The notes under the pieces were generated by a model that was not told where the DNA came from, did no database searches, and saw only the letters and a list, made by a program, of their open reading frames with translations. Positions 21,301 through 28,483 of a DNA stretch of 64,000 nucleotides are shown one piece after another (the first letter of the stretch is position 1; each line of letters begins with the position of its first letter). Source of the stretch: an uncultured bacterium (GTDB lineage Bacteria; CSSED10-310; CAZUFC01); contig CAZUFC010000026.1 of NCBI GenBank assembly GCA_964619725.1, forward strand, positions 9,729-73,728, in the 5' to 3' direction. The position numbers and the translations under genes were made by a program.

Positions 21301-21375
21301 TGGCTCGAGGCTGATTACCGGAGCGACGACCTCGGCTTTCGGTTGGTCGTCGCCGCGAGCACGGTTGATGTTTGA
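18373..21375 (+). CDS. DGR target protein 1: DUF4062 + NACHT NTPase + FGE-sulfatase-type C-type lectin (CLec) domain
   Basis: IFISST.EDL...MEtFGA...AYRYG.VP..S.TW.E (DUF4062); GAPGGGKTT, LLLDGLDEV, FWHLTFQEHYAA (NACHT); PVVYVSWYEA.AYC.W, YRLP.E.EWE.AA, DMAGNVWEW, RGG, GFRLV (FGE/CLec). The start may be ATG 18418. Confidence 0.92.
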   Translation: MTSFSRINDNESPKRMLNIFISSTAEDLETHRTRLINAVQRSGHHPSYMETFGARPDQPVEGCRKLIKKSDAVIVIVAYRYGYVPDRDEGGDDKHSMTWLEVKAAEEFNKPVFAFLVDEKAPWTKMREENLLNEVLEDVEASQRILSNMRSLREFKKYLEKKCMRDKFRSEDDLAEKAISSLSRWINEEFGLRTSIPASDAVSETEILEGYLNKLLPETRWIDIRGISAERGSSKDMWRFPIEELFTPLKTTGFANKAGGFKPDMEKRRPDDMPLKTEEQDQRPELSDFLKDNRKLLLIGAPGGGKTTFLRLISCVLAKDLLGEKHGFTQPGRSVHLGLHLTDEPPVPVFIRLALLASYMNKDDDVPCNDHISRILNLFQKLYGEQTRDILEKRLNEGRCALLLDGLDEVADTDMRCRITNLVDEILQKWGENLVIVTSRPHGYKEVEGLKGVVKLEIDEFNEKDTAEFLNKWVNVIYSEQDMESRNSYHQELEAAIGSSRNIRRMARNPVMLTCLCVVHWNERKLPEGKADLMSAVLRWLVDVRKEQRKNEGYTNTFAEECFKSLALGMTNHPGGKKSVVDIAWAAEQLAKPFHTEQGIDDLETVRRKGSHILESEMIFSGIIERVGLGQLRFWHLTFQEHYAARRISELSDLDDETGWWPLIKPHIYDQQWFELLDHFAGCLSRKGREKLNLLVERFLNDCDDSDLASVAKTVGILGRLLRVLEEYEYTPPPQLGWEKARERVMEIFKVEGAKKVKIKQRITAAEALGQSGDPRLELRERKKNFRPIPGLEKIKLGIYPVTVEEYKAFVEDDGYRKQDFWGEYWRIREKNEWNAPDNWERQLDKPNRPVVYVSWYEAKAYCRWRSKTERREYRLPAEKEWEAAAVNPDGPYPWGKEEPNNELANYYFAGPRETTPVGVYPAGATPEGHLDMAGNVWEWCEDDVTKEYKGDRPLRALRGGCFWLDAVCLRSTDRDWLEADYRSDDLGFRLVVAASTVDV
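21227..21363 (+). repeat. DGR variable region VR1
   Basis: 137-nt ungapped match to TR with 18 mismatches, all at TR adenines. Confidence 0.97.
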
Positions 21376-21407
21376 ATTATTGAATATTGATCTTTATTCT
21401 TGGGGTT

Positions 21408-21426
21408 CCAGGGGCGGAGCCCCTGG
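21408..21426 (+). promoter_or_regulatory. DGR target-recognition hairpin downstream of VR1
   Basis: CCAGGGGC-GGA-GCCCCTGG, 32 nt after the stop codon. Confidence 0.85.
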
Positions 21427-21514
21427 CGAACGCAAAAACGTAATTATGTCATTTTGTAAACCCCGCCATGCAACCAAAACGACAAAATGACAAACAAAAT
21501 GACAAGCGTGACAA

Positions 21515-22522
21515 TCATTGACGGATTGCCGCAAAACCGGTCAAACCGCGATAAGAAGACAACGAACGGTAAAAATCCTCCGGTCTTCCATGTCCGGCCA
21601 GATACCGGAGCCTTCTCCTCATCCTCACCAGCATTCGCCTGGATGGTCTTATGCCGGAACGTGAAACATGATATCCCAGATAAATGAAAGCGCCCGACGT
21701 CCGCCTGGGTTGAACAGAGGGATTCTTTATCCGCAGTCGCCTATTTTTCATCAACCAGTCTACGGCTGCTTCCTTCGCCTCGGCCAGGCGCCGGCGGGAA
21801 TCGGAAAAAAGAGCTGTATCGTCCATGTAACGTTGAACGTGAGGTATTTTCAGCTCCCGTTTAAGGAAGTGGTCGAAGCCCGACAGGTAATGATTTCCCC
21901 ACCATTGACTGGTTAAGTTGCCTATCGGCAATCCGCAATCGTAAGGCGGATACCCTGGCGGCAAATTCAGCTTTTCGGAAACGTCGCGCCTTCTGTAAAT
22001 CCCACGCCCGCTGTCAGCGATTAATCTCAGCAACCATAAAAAATCATCGTCTTTTATTTTTTTCCTCATTATCTGCATCAATATGTTAATATCAATGCTC
22101 AGAAAATAATGAGCGATATCCATCAAAAGAGCAAAACGATATCGCCTGACAGCGCCGAGAAAACGAATCACGGCCCTGTGCGATCCTCTGCCCGGAAGGC
22201 ATGCGTAAGTTGTATCGATCAATCCCCTGTCCATGAACGGTGCGATAACTCTGTGAACTGCATGATGAACGATTCTGTCACGTACCGAAGCGGCAGAAAT
22301 CAGTCTTATCTTAGGGTCATTAATGAAAAACAGATGGTATCCTCCGTGACTATAATTTTTCTGCTCCAAATCACGACTCAATTTAATAATTTCTCGATCC
22401 GCTTCGGCCTCGAATCGTCTGACCGAGGGCCGGTTCCGTTTCCCGCGACGAAATTGCCGCCAGGCACGCCAAAGATTCCTTATTTCTGCCGTTTTATGAA
22501 AGAGGTCGCCGGCTCTTTTCAT
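21515..22522 (-). CDS. DGR reverse transcriptase
   Basis: PK.R.I.A..VRDRIVHHA, YAC..GRG.H.A, DI..YF.SID, GLPIGNLTSQ (DGR-type SQ motif), RYMDD, YLGY. 335 aa, with no maturase or endonuclease domain. Confidence 0.96.
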   Translation of the reverse strand: MKRAGDLFHKTAEIRNLWRAWRQFRRGKRNRPSVRRFEAEADREIIKLSRDLEQKNYSHGGYHLFFINDPKIRLISAASVRDRIVHHAVHRVIAPFMDRGLIDTTYACLPGRGSHRAVIRFLGAVRRYRFALLMDIAHYFLSIDINILMQIMRKKIKDDDFLWLLRLIADSGRGIYRRRDVSEKLNLPPGYPPYDCGLPIGNLTSQWWGNHYLSGFDHFLKRELKIPHVQRYMDDTALFSDSRRRLAEAKEAAVDWLMKNRRLRIKNPSVQPRRTSGAFIYLGYHVSRSGIRPSRRMLVRMRRRLRYLAGHGRPEDFYRSLSSYRGLTGFAAIRQ

Positions 22523-22709
22523 TTTCTGCCCCTATGCGGTTTTGTTTCTGGAATCCTTATCCCTGTATGAACATTGGACGGCTTTACAGAAACGGAAAGC
22601 CCGGCCGGACGTTCGGCGCTTGCCTACCAGAACGGCCGGGCGAAGGTTAATTCGGCATGCCGCAGCACGCCCGGATTCCTCCTGCACGGTGATCATCATC
22701 TTTCGTCAG
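22523..22709 (-). ncRNA. DGR spacer (3' part of the TR-containing RNA)
   Basis: Non-coding gap between TR and RT, with stem GCCCGGCCG(22599-22607)/CGGCCGGGC(22633-22641). The role is inferred from its position. Confidence 0.6.
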
Positions 22710-22846
22710 CGTGTTCGCGGCGACGACCAACCGAAAGCCGATGTTGTCGTTCCGGTTATCAGCCTCGTTCCTGTTACGGTTCGTTGAGCGAAGGTTATCA
22801 GCATCGTTCCAATAGCTGCCGCCCCGCAGCGCCCGCAGAGGGCGAT
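22710..22846 (-). repeat. DGR template repeat (TR)
   Basis: Lies between avd and RT, has 31 adenines and nine in-frame AAC codons, and matches both VRs at every non-A position. Confidence 0.97.
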
Positions 22847-22873
22847 ACTTTTCAGAGAAACCCTCGGTCATCA

Positions 22874-23206
22874 TTATATCTCTTTCTGCTTTTTCAACCA
22901 ACCGCCGATTTGCCGTCCTATAAGGTCCGCCTGCTGCGAAAATTCCAGGTAACTCATCTCTGTAAGTAACCCAAGCTCGAATCCCAACGCCATATATGCC
23001 CTGAGCAGACGCAGATCGCAGTCGGCATCGGTCAGGCTCTCGAACCTGTTGCGGCCTTGTATCGCAAGCGTTATATCGTCAAGAAGATGAAAGCTTGCAT
23101 TTATCAGTCTATTTTTCAATAAAGTGTAGCGCGGCAATGATTCCAGTTCCTCAAGAAGTACTCCGCATAAGGCCATAACATCTCTGTACAAAGGCGATTC
23201 TTTCAT
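22874..23206 (-). CDS. avd: DGR accessory variability determinant (bAvd-like four-helix bundle)
   Basis: 110 aa, helical, L..AD.DL..LR.Y......LG.L...Y......IGRQIGGW; directly upstream of TR. Confidence 0.9.
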   Translation of the reverse strand: MKESPLYRDVMALCGVLLEELESLPRYTLLKNRLINASFHLLDDITLAIQGRNRFESLTDADCDLRLLRAYMALGFELGLLTEMSYLEFSQQADLIGRQIGGWLKKQKEI

Positions 23207-23210
23207 CAGA

Positions 23211-23837
23211 CTAATAACCCGTCGGATCGCGGCGGCTGCCGAATCCTTGAAAACGCTTCCTGTACGATCTCTTTTCAGTACTCCTCACCAGCGATGATAA
23301 AAAAGGGATGTAATCCTGCTCTATCCTGTCCGCAAATTCAATACGCATCGATTCATCCGCTCCGTTTTTTATCAGAAGTTGAATGACCGCAGAGGCCGCC
23401 GCTTTCCGGGCTTCATTATAATGCAGCGACTTGTTGTTCGGTTGATACTCGTGACACCCCCGGCAAAGCGCCGTTAGAGAATCCTCAAGAAGACGGCTCG
23501 CCGGATGCTCCTCTCCCAGACGCAAACTGGTCTCTTTGTATATGATTATCCCCGACTTGTAAGCCCGCAGATCACGAACTGAATAATACCTGCCCTTTTT
23601 CACTTTGCCCACGGAACGGCCCACAGGGGAAATCGCCTCATCCGCCGCATCCTGCAGATTCTTCAGTCGCATGGCCGCCGCTGTCCTCTGCGCATTACTC
23701 AAAGGCAGAACTTCAGAATCGATGACCCAGCGGCCGCCCTTTTTTCGTGCCGGCAATTCATTCTTCTTAATGGCGTAACGCAACTGCCTCACGCTTTTAC
23801 CCAATAAGTCAGCAGCCTCTGATAAGGACAGTTCCAT
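23211..23837 (-). CDS. Excisionase-like HTH protein with a helical (probable four-helix-bundle) C-domain; candidate DGR accessory gene
   Basis: LSLSEAADLLGKSVRQLRYAIKKNELPARKKGGRWVI resembles HTH_17. ATG 23837 is preceded by AAGGGG. The gene ends 4 nt before avd. Confidence 0.75.
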   Translation of the reverse strand: MELSLSEAADLLGKSVRQLRYAIKKNELPARKKGGRWVIDSEVLPLSNAQRTAAAMRLKNLQDAADEAISPVGRSVGKVKKGRYYSVRDLRAYKSGIIIYKETSLRLGEEHPASRLLEDSLTALCRGCHEYQPNNKSLHYNEARKAAASAVIQLLIKNGADESMRIEFADRIEQDYIPFLSSLVRSTEKRSYRKRFQGFGSRRDPTGY

Positions 23838-23978
23838 AAGTTCCCCTTTTGTCAAGATTGTTTCAATATCGGCAGTTTGTCAATGCTGTCTTTAACAAAA
23901 CTGCTGTAATTCTTACATATTGTCAGTAATTTGTCAAGTTTAAACGGTGAAAATGACGAAATTTCGAATTTGTCGCGG

Positions 23979-23997
23979 CCAGGGGCTTCGCCCCTGG
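23979..23997 (-). promoter_or_regulatory. DGR target-recognition hairpin downstream of VR2
   Basis: CCAGGGGC-GAA-GCCCCTGG on the minus strand, 32 nt after the stop codon. Confidence 0.85.
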
Positions 23998-24029
23998 ACC
24001 CCTGAAAGACAAGAACAATTATCAATAAA

Positions 24030-27000
24030 TCAAACATCAACCGTGCTCGCGGCGACGACCAACCGAAAGCCGACGAGGTCGTCCCGGGGACCAGCCTCGC
24101 TCCAGAGACGGTGCGGAGAGCGAAGGTTACCAGCAACGTCCCAATAGCCGCCGCCCCGCAGCGCCCGCAGAGGGCGATTTGAACTCCCCCCATATTCTTC
24201 AGTAACATCATCTTCGCACCATTCCCAGACATTTCCCGCCATATCCAGATGACCGGCCGGCGCAGCCCCTTTCGGATAAATTCCCACTGGTGTGGGGCTG
24301 TCCACGTTACTGTAAAAATTCGCCAACTCAGCATCAGGCTCATCTTTCCCCCAGGGATACGGACCGTTCGAGTTCCGCGCCGCATCTTCCCATTCTTCCT
24401 CGTAGGGCAGCCGATAATTCCGTTTCCGCTCCAGTTTAGAACGCCATCGGCAATAGGCCACGGCTTCGTACCAGGAAACTTCAACCACGGGTCTATTGGG
24501 CGTTTCCAACTGGTCCTCCCAACTGTCGGGTTTAGTCCAGTCGTTATCTTCACGAATTTTCCAGTATTCGCCCCAGAATTCCTCTTTGGAATAACCGCCG
24601 TCATCGACGAAGTCTTTAAACTCTTCGACGGTTACGGGATAAATACCGAGCATAAGATGTTCGCGTCCTGGTACAAGCTCGAAGTTATTAACCCGCTTTT
24701 CCGGCGTCAGGCGAGGGTCTCCGCCCTGTCCCAGTCCTTCGGCCGCGGTAATTCTATCTTTGATTTTGACCTTTTCTGCGCCTTCAACAGTAAATATTTC
24801 CATAACCCTGTCGCGAGCCACTGTCCATCCGATCTGCGGCGGAGGCGTGTATCTGTAGACCTCCAGCACTCGAAGCAATCTTCCCAGGACGCCGACTGCC
24901 CTGGCCGTTCCCGCCAGTCCTTCTTGTTCGCCCTGTTCCAGAATACGTTTAACCAGTTTAGTCAGTCCATCCCTCCTTGTTTTTGCCAGGCACCCGGCGA
25001 AATGGTCCAGCACTTCGGCCCAGTTGCGATCATGCACATGAGGCGATATGATCCGCCACCACCCTTTTTCATCATCTTCATCCCTGCATTGAGCCAGCAT
25101 GACGGCAGCATAGTGTTCCTGAAACGTCAGGTGCTTGAACCGGACCTGTCCTTCATTGACTCTTTCCACTATGCCGCTGTCCATCATTTCACATTCTAAA
25201 AATCGAGTTCCTTTATCGTTCAATTCCCTATGGTCCGTAATGCCGAATTCGTTGTAAAACGGTCCTTTCAGAAATTCAGCCGCTTCCGAAAGATCGGCGA
25301 CGGCCTTTTTACCGGCTTTATGAGTCGTCATTTCAAATGCCAAGGTCTTGAAACACTGTTCAGCGAATTCATTGCCGTAACCCCTGGATTCACGGACATG
25401 CTTGTGGGAATTCAACAACCACTTGAGCACAGCGGCCAAAAGATCGGCTTTACCTTCCGGCAGTTTTCTTTCATTCCAGTGAACCACGCAGAGGCATGTG
25501 AGCATGACCGGGTTTTTCGCCAGTCTTCTTATCGTCGGCGATGAGATGATCGCTTCATTCAGCTCGAACCTGAGCTTACGGCATTCCCTTTGATCTTCGG
25601 GAAAAACCGCTGCCGCCCAGCGATCGATAAATTCGATTATTTCATCTTCGCCGAAATCGGAGATATGAGTGGTATTCATGGTTTCCAGTTCGGAGACTCC
25701 TTCGTATCCGAATGGACGTGAAGTGATGACGATCAGGCTCTTTTTCCATTTTTTGACGGAAGCTTCCACGATATTGATTACCTGCTCCCGTCTTTCCAGT
25801 TCAGGGACCTCATCCAGTCCGTCGAATAAAAGAGCGGCCCGTCCTTTGATCAAACGATTTTCGATAATATTACGCATGGGTTTCCCATGGATGGATTCCA
25901 GGTATTCAAAAAGGCAGCGAACAGGGTTGACGTCTCTTCCCTGGTCATTTCTGGAAATATGCTGGGAAAGCGCGGCCAGGGTAACGAATACAGGCAGCGG
26001 AGCGACTTTCGCCAGGTCAAGCCCCAGGTGGATATGCCGTTCCTTCGCTGTTTCATTTTTCATTTCCGTAAGCATATCTTCCGCGGTAACGCATGCGATG
26101 AACCGTAAAAACGTGGTTTTACCGCCGCCGGGAGCCCCTACCAGCATCAGTTTGCTGCAATCCTTCAGCAAATCTGAAAGTTTGACGTCGCGTTCTCTTT
26201 CCATACCGGCATGCTGCAATTCATCGTCACCGCCGGCGCTGCGTGATCGTCCTCTCCTGACCGCGCACTCCGGTCCCGCCGTTTTTAAAGGCGTAAACAG
26301 TTTTTTGATGGAAAAATGGCTGGCGGCATATCCTTCGCCCGCTCGCGAACCGATCCCCTGTATCTTGATGCGGGAAAATTGTGATACGACCGACTCCAGG
26401 TATTCCCTCAGCGCCTTCCTTTCAGAAACATGGTGCAGTTCTATATCCGGTCCGGGAACCGGTGGCGTTCGATCGCCCGGTCTGAGAACGTCGATTCTCT
26501 CTCGCAGATGGTTTGAAAGCGCTGTTACCACTTTTTTCGCCAGGTTATCCGGGTTCAGGAATGTCGTTAAAGTATGTTTGTCGTTAAGGTGTTTTTTGAA
26601 GTTTTTGAGTTCCTGTATCGCCTTGTAAATATCCTGAATTTCGTGAGGTTTCGCCTCTTCCATACGGTCCTGTTCTTTCGGAAGAAAACGCTTAAGAGAA
26701 TCGTCCGCAATATAAGCGAACACCGGAATGCCTTTTTTCTCAGCCGCTTCAACCTCGAACCAGGTAATGGACTTTGCTCCGTTCCCGCCTTTTTCCGCCG
26801 TAGGGACCCATCCATAACGCCATCCGACGATAACGACCAGCGCATCAGCGCTATCTGCCATGCCCAAAGATTCGTTCAAAGGTGTATCGGGACGCGCTCC
26901 GAAGCTTTCCATCCCGACTGATTGAATGTGAAGATCGTCGACAGCTTCCCGGACTGCATTGCGATAAGGCTTCAGGTCTTCATAAGTAGAGGATATAAAA

Positions 27001-27056
27001 ACGCGAAAAGCCCTGTGCCTGTCAAACGTGTTATCAGGATAACCATTTCGGTTCAT
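24030..27056 (-). CDS. DGR target protein 2: DUF4062 + NACHT NTPase + FGE-sulfatase-type CLec domain
   Basis: VFISSTYEDL..GMESFGA..GWRYGWVP; GAPGGGKTT; LLFDGLDEV; FKHLTFQEHYAA; DMAGNVWEW; identical C-terminus GFRLVVAASTVDV to target 1. Confidence 0.92.
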   Translation of the reverse strand: MNRNGYPDNTFDRHRAFRVFISSTYEDLKPYRNAVREAVDDLHIQSVGMESFGARPDTPLNESLGMADSADALVVIVGWRYGWVPTAEKGGNGAKSITWFEVEAAEKKGIPVFAYIADDSLKRFLPKEQDRMEEAKPHEIQDIYKAIQELKNFKKHLNDKHTLTTFLNPDNLAKKVVTALSNHLRERIDVLRPGDRTPPVPGPDIELHHVSERKALREYLESVVSQFSRIKIQGIGSRAGEGYAASHFSIKKLFTPLKTAGPECAVRRGRSRSAGGDDELQHAGMERERDVKLSDLLKDCSKLMLVGAPGGGKTTFLRFIACVTAEDMLTEMKNETAKERHIHLGLDLAKVAPLPVFVTLAALSQHISRNDQGRDVNPVRCLFEYLESIHGKPMRNIIENRLIKGRAALLFDGLDEVPELERREQVINIVEASVKKWKKSLIVITSRPFGYEGVSELETMNTTHISDFGEDEIIEFIDRWAAAVFPEDQRECRKLRFELNEAIISSPTIRRLAKNPVMLTCLCVVHWNERKLPEGKADLLAAVLKWLLNSHKHVRESRGYGNEFAEQCFKTLAFEMTTHKAGKKAVADLSEAAEFLKGPFYNEFGITDHRELNDKGTRFLECEMMDSGIVERVNEGQVRFKHLTFQEHYAAVMLAQCRDEDDEKGWWRIISPHVHDRNWAEVLDHFAGCLAKTRRDGLTKLVKRILEQGEQEGLAGTARAVGVLGRLLRVLEVYRYTPPPQIGWTVARDRVMEIFTVEGAEKVKIKDRITAAEGLGQGGDPRLTPEKRVNNFELVPGREHLMLGIYPVTVEEFKDFVDDGGYSKEEFWGEYWKIREDNDWTKPDSWEDQLETPNRPVVEVSWYEAVAYCRWRSKLERKRNYRLPYEEEWEDAARNSNGPYPWGKDEPDAELANFYSNVDSPTPVGIYPKGAAPAGHLDMAGNVWEWCEDDVTEEYGGSSNRPLRALRGGGYWDVAGNLRSPHRLWSEAGPRDDLVGFRLVVAASTVDV
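24042..24178 (-). repeat. DGR variable region VR2
   Basis: 137-nt ungapped match to TR with 19 mismatches, all at TR adenines. Confidence 0.97.
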
Positions 27057-27094
27057 AACATCACCGCCCTTGTTGATGGCTGTTTAACAGGATA

Positions 27095-27124
27095 AATTTA
27101 ACCAGACGTATGACTTTGTGTCAA
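27095..27124 (-). promoter_or_regulatory. Putative sigma70 promoter of DGR target 2
   Basis: TTGACA-N18-TAAATT on the minus strand. Confidence 0.45.
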
Positions 27125-27140
27125 TATCTTAAAGGGATTC

Positions 27141-27301
27141 GGGACTGATCACACACGGGTTACACTTTTTTCAAGTCTTGTGAAAGTTTGTTTGATTAAT
27201 CGGAGTCGGTATCAGGATCGAAATCTAAATCGAAATCGAAACAAAATTATGGGATATCCGGAATAATTGTAACCTCAAAAGACGCTTCTTTGATCAATGT
27301 C
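27141..27301 (+). repeat. MITE-like repeat, family A
   Basis: GGGACTGATCACA ... TTTGATCAATGTC. Confidence 0.85.
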
Positions 27302-27554
27302 GAAAAACGTCAGGCGAAAGCTTCAGGAAATTGAGCCACGGATTTTCACGGATCGAACACGGATGAAATGAATTTGAAATATGAAAAATGAACCGGACGG
27401 CGAAAACGCTGAACCAAAAGCTTACGCGTCTTCGCCGCCGCCGGTTATACGCATGACGATATGTTTTTGCCGTTTCCGCTGGACGTGCATGAAATCAAAT
27501 TGCTTTTTTCAGCATGTGATGCTAGATTAAAACTTAGGAATGGGTGGAGAAAAG

Positions 27555-28427
27555 ATGATGAAATTTGTTGATCCTAAAAATGATGTAGCGTTTAAAAAGA
27601 TTTTTGGAGATGAGAACAAAAAACAGATACTCATCAGTTTCCTCAACGCCATTCTGGACTATATCGGCACCGACAAGGAAATCGAAAGCATCGACATTTT
27701 GAATCCTTACCAGATTCCGAAGCTGCCGGGGCTTAAGGAGACTATTCTGGATATTCGGGCCGTAGACAGGCGCAAAGTCAGCTATATCATCGAAATGCAA
27801 GTTTTTCACACGCCTGCGTTTGAAAAACGAGTTCTTTACTATGCAGCCAAGTCCTACGCCATGCAGTTGGAAAAAGCCGAAGATTACCCCCGGCTGAACC
27901 AGGTGATCTTCATAGGTTTTCTGGATTTCATAGTATTTCGAGATGATCCTCGATACATGACGCGTCATCTGGTCCTGGAAGAAAAAACGAACGATCACTA
28001 TTTGAAGGACTTGGACTTTCGGTTTATAGAATTACCGAAGTTTACCCGGGAGCTGGATGAAATAAAAGACGTCAAAGAGAAGTGGATATATTTCGTGAAA
28101 AATGCGGCGGACCTCCAGATTATACCCGCCAATATGAAAGAGCCTCCTGCTTTGCGCGAAGCTTTCGAGTCAGCGGATCAGATGAGTTGGAGCAAGGAAG
28201 AATTGCACGCTTATGATGCGAAGGGCATTTACATCCAGGACGAACGGGGCAGAATTGAACTGGCGCTGAGGCAGGGTGAAGAGATCGGCATGGTTAAAGG
28301 CGTAAAGATCGGAGCAGAAAGGGAAAAATTACAAACAGCCCTGAAAATGAAAAGGGAAGGTCTGGATGTTTCCATTATCATGAAGGTTACCGGGCTTTCA
28401 CGTAATGATATTGCCGGATTGAAGTAA
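27555..28427 (+). CDS. Rpn family recombination-promoting nuclease (PD-(D/E)XK_2)
   Basis: DPKNDVAFKKIFG, ILDI, IIEMQV, RVLYY, FIELPKF, C-terminal ALKMK.EGL....I.KVTGLS. GGAG precedes ATG 27555. Confidence 0.92.
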   Translation: MMKFVDPKNDVAFKKIFGDENKKQILISFLNAILDYIGTDKEIESIDILNPYQIPKLPGLKETILDIRAVDRRKVSYIIEMQVFHTPAFEKRVLYYAAKSYAMQLEKAEDYPRLNQVIFIGFLDFIVFRDDPRYMTRHLVLEEKTNDHYLKDLDFRFIELPKFTRELDEIKDVKEKWIYFVKNAADLQIIPANMKEPPALREAFESADQMSWSKEELHAYDAKGIYIQDERGRIELALRQGEEIGMVKGVKIGAEREKLQTALKMKREGLDVSIIMKVTGLSRNDIAGLK

Positions 28428-28483
28428 TCTGACGGAAGATAAACGTCCGCTTCGGTTGCCGTATTTTTTTTCTTGAATTATTC

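Noticed and set aside
20750-21375. FGE-like domains as formylglycine-generating enzymes for the nearby sulfatase
   Set aside because: They are NACHT-fused, their C-terminal core is the hypervariable region, and the sulfatase lacks CxPxR.
20801-21490. Long alternative-frame ORF with a counterpart at 23852-24604
   Set aside because: The similarity follows from the paralogous CLec/VR DNA; there are no independent protein motifs.
21515-22522. RT as a group II intron, retron or CRISPR-associated RT
   Set aside because: It has no maturase domain or cas genes, and avd, TR/VR pairs and the LTSQ motif point to a DGR.
22647-22901. 84-aa ORF resembling the targets' C-terminus
   Set aside because: It is the in-frame translation of the template repeat and overlaps the end of avd. 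TR acts as RNA, so this is not a third target.
24249-26628. Long antisense ORFs (316 and 319 aa), and others opposite gsp genes
   Set aside because: They are shadows of well-supported genes on the other strand and have no motifs.
18373-28427. Prophage origin of the DGR
   Set aside because: No capsid, terminase, tail or integrase genes are recognisable in the window.
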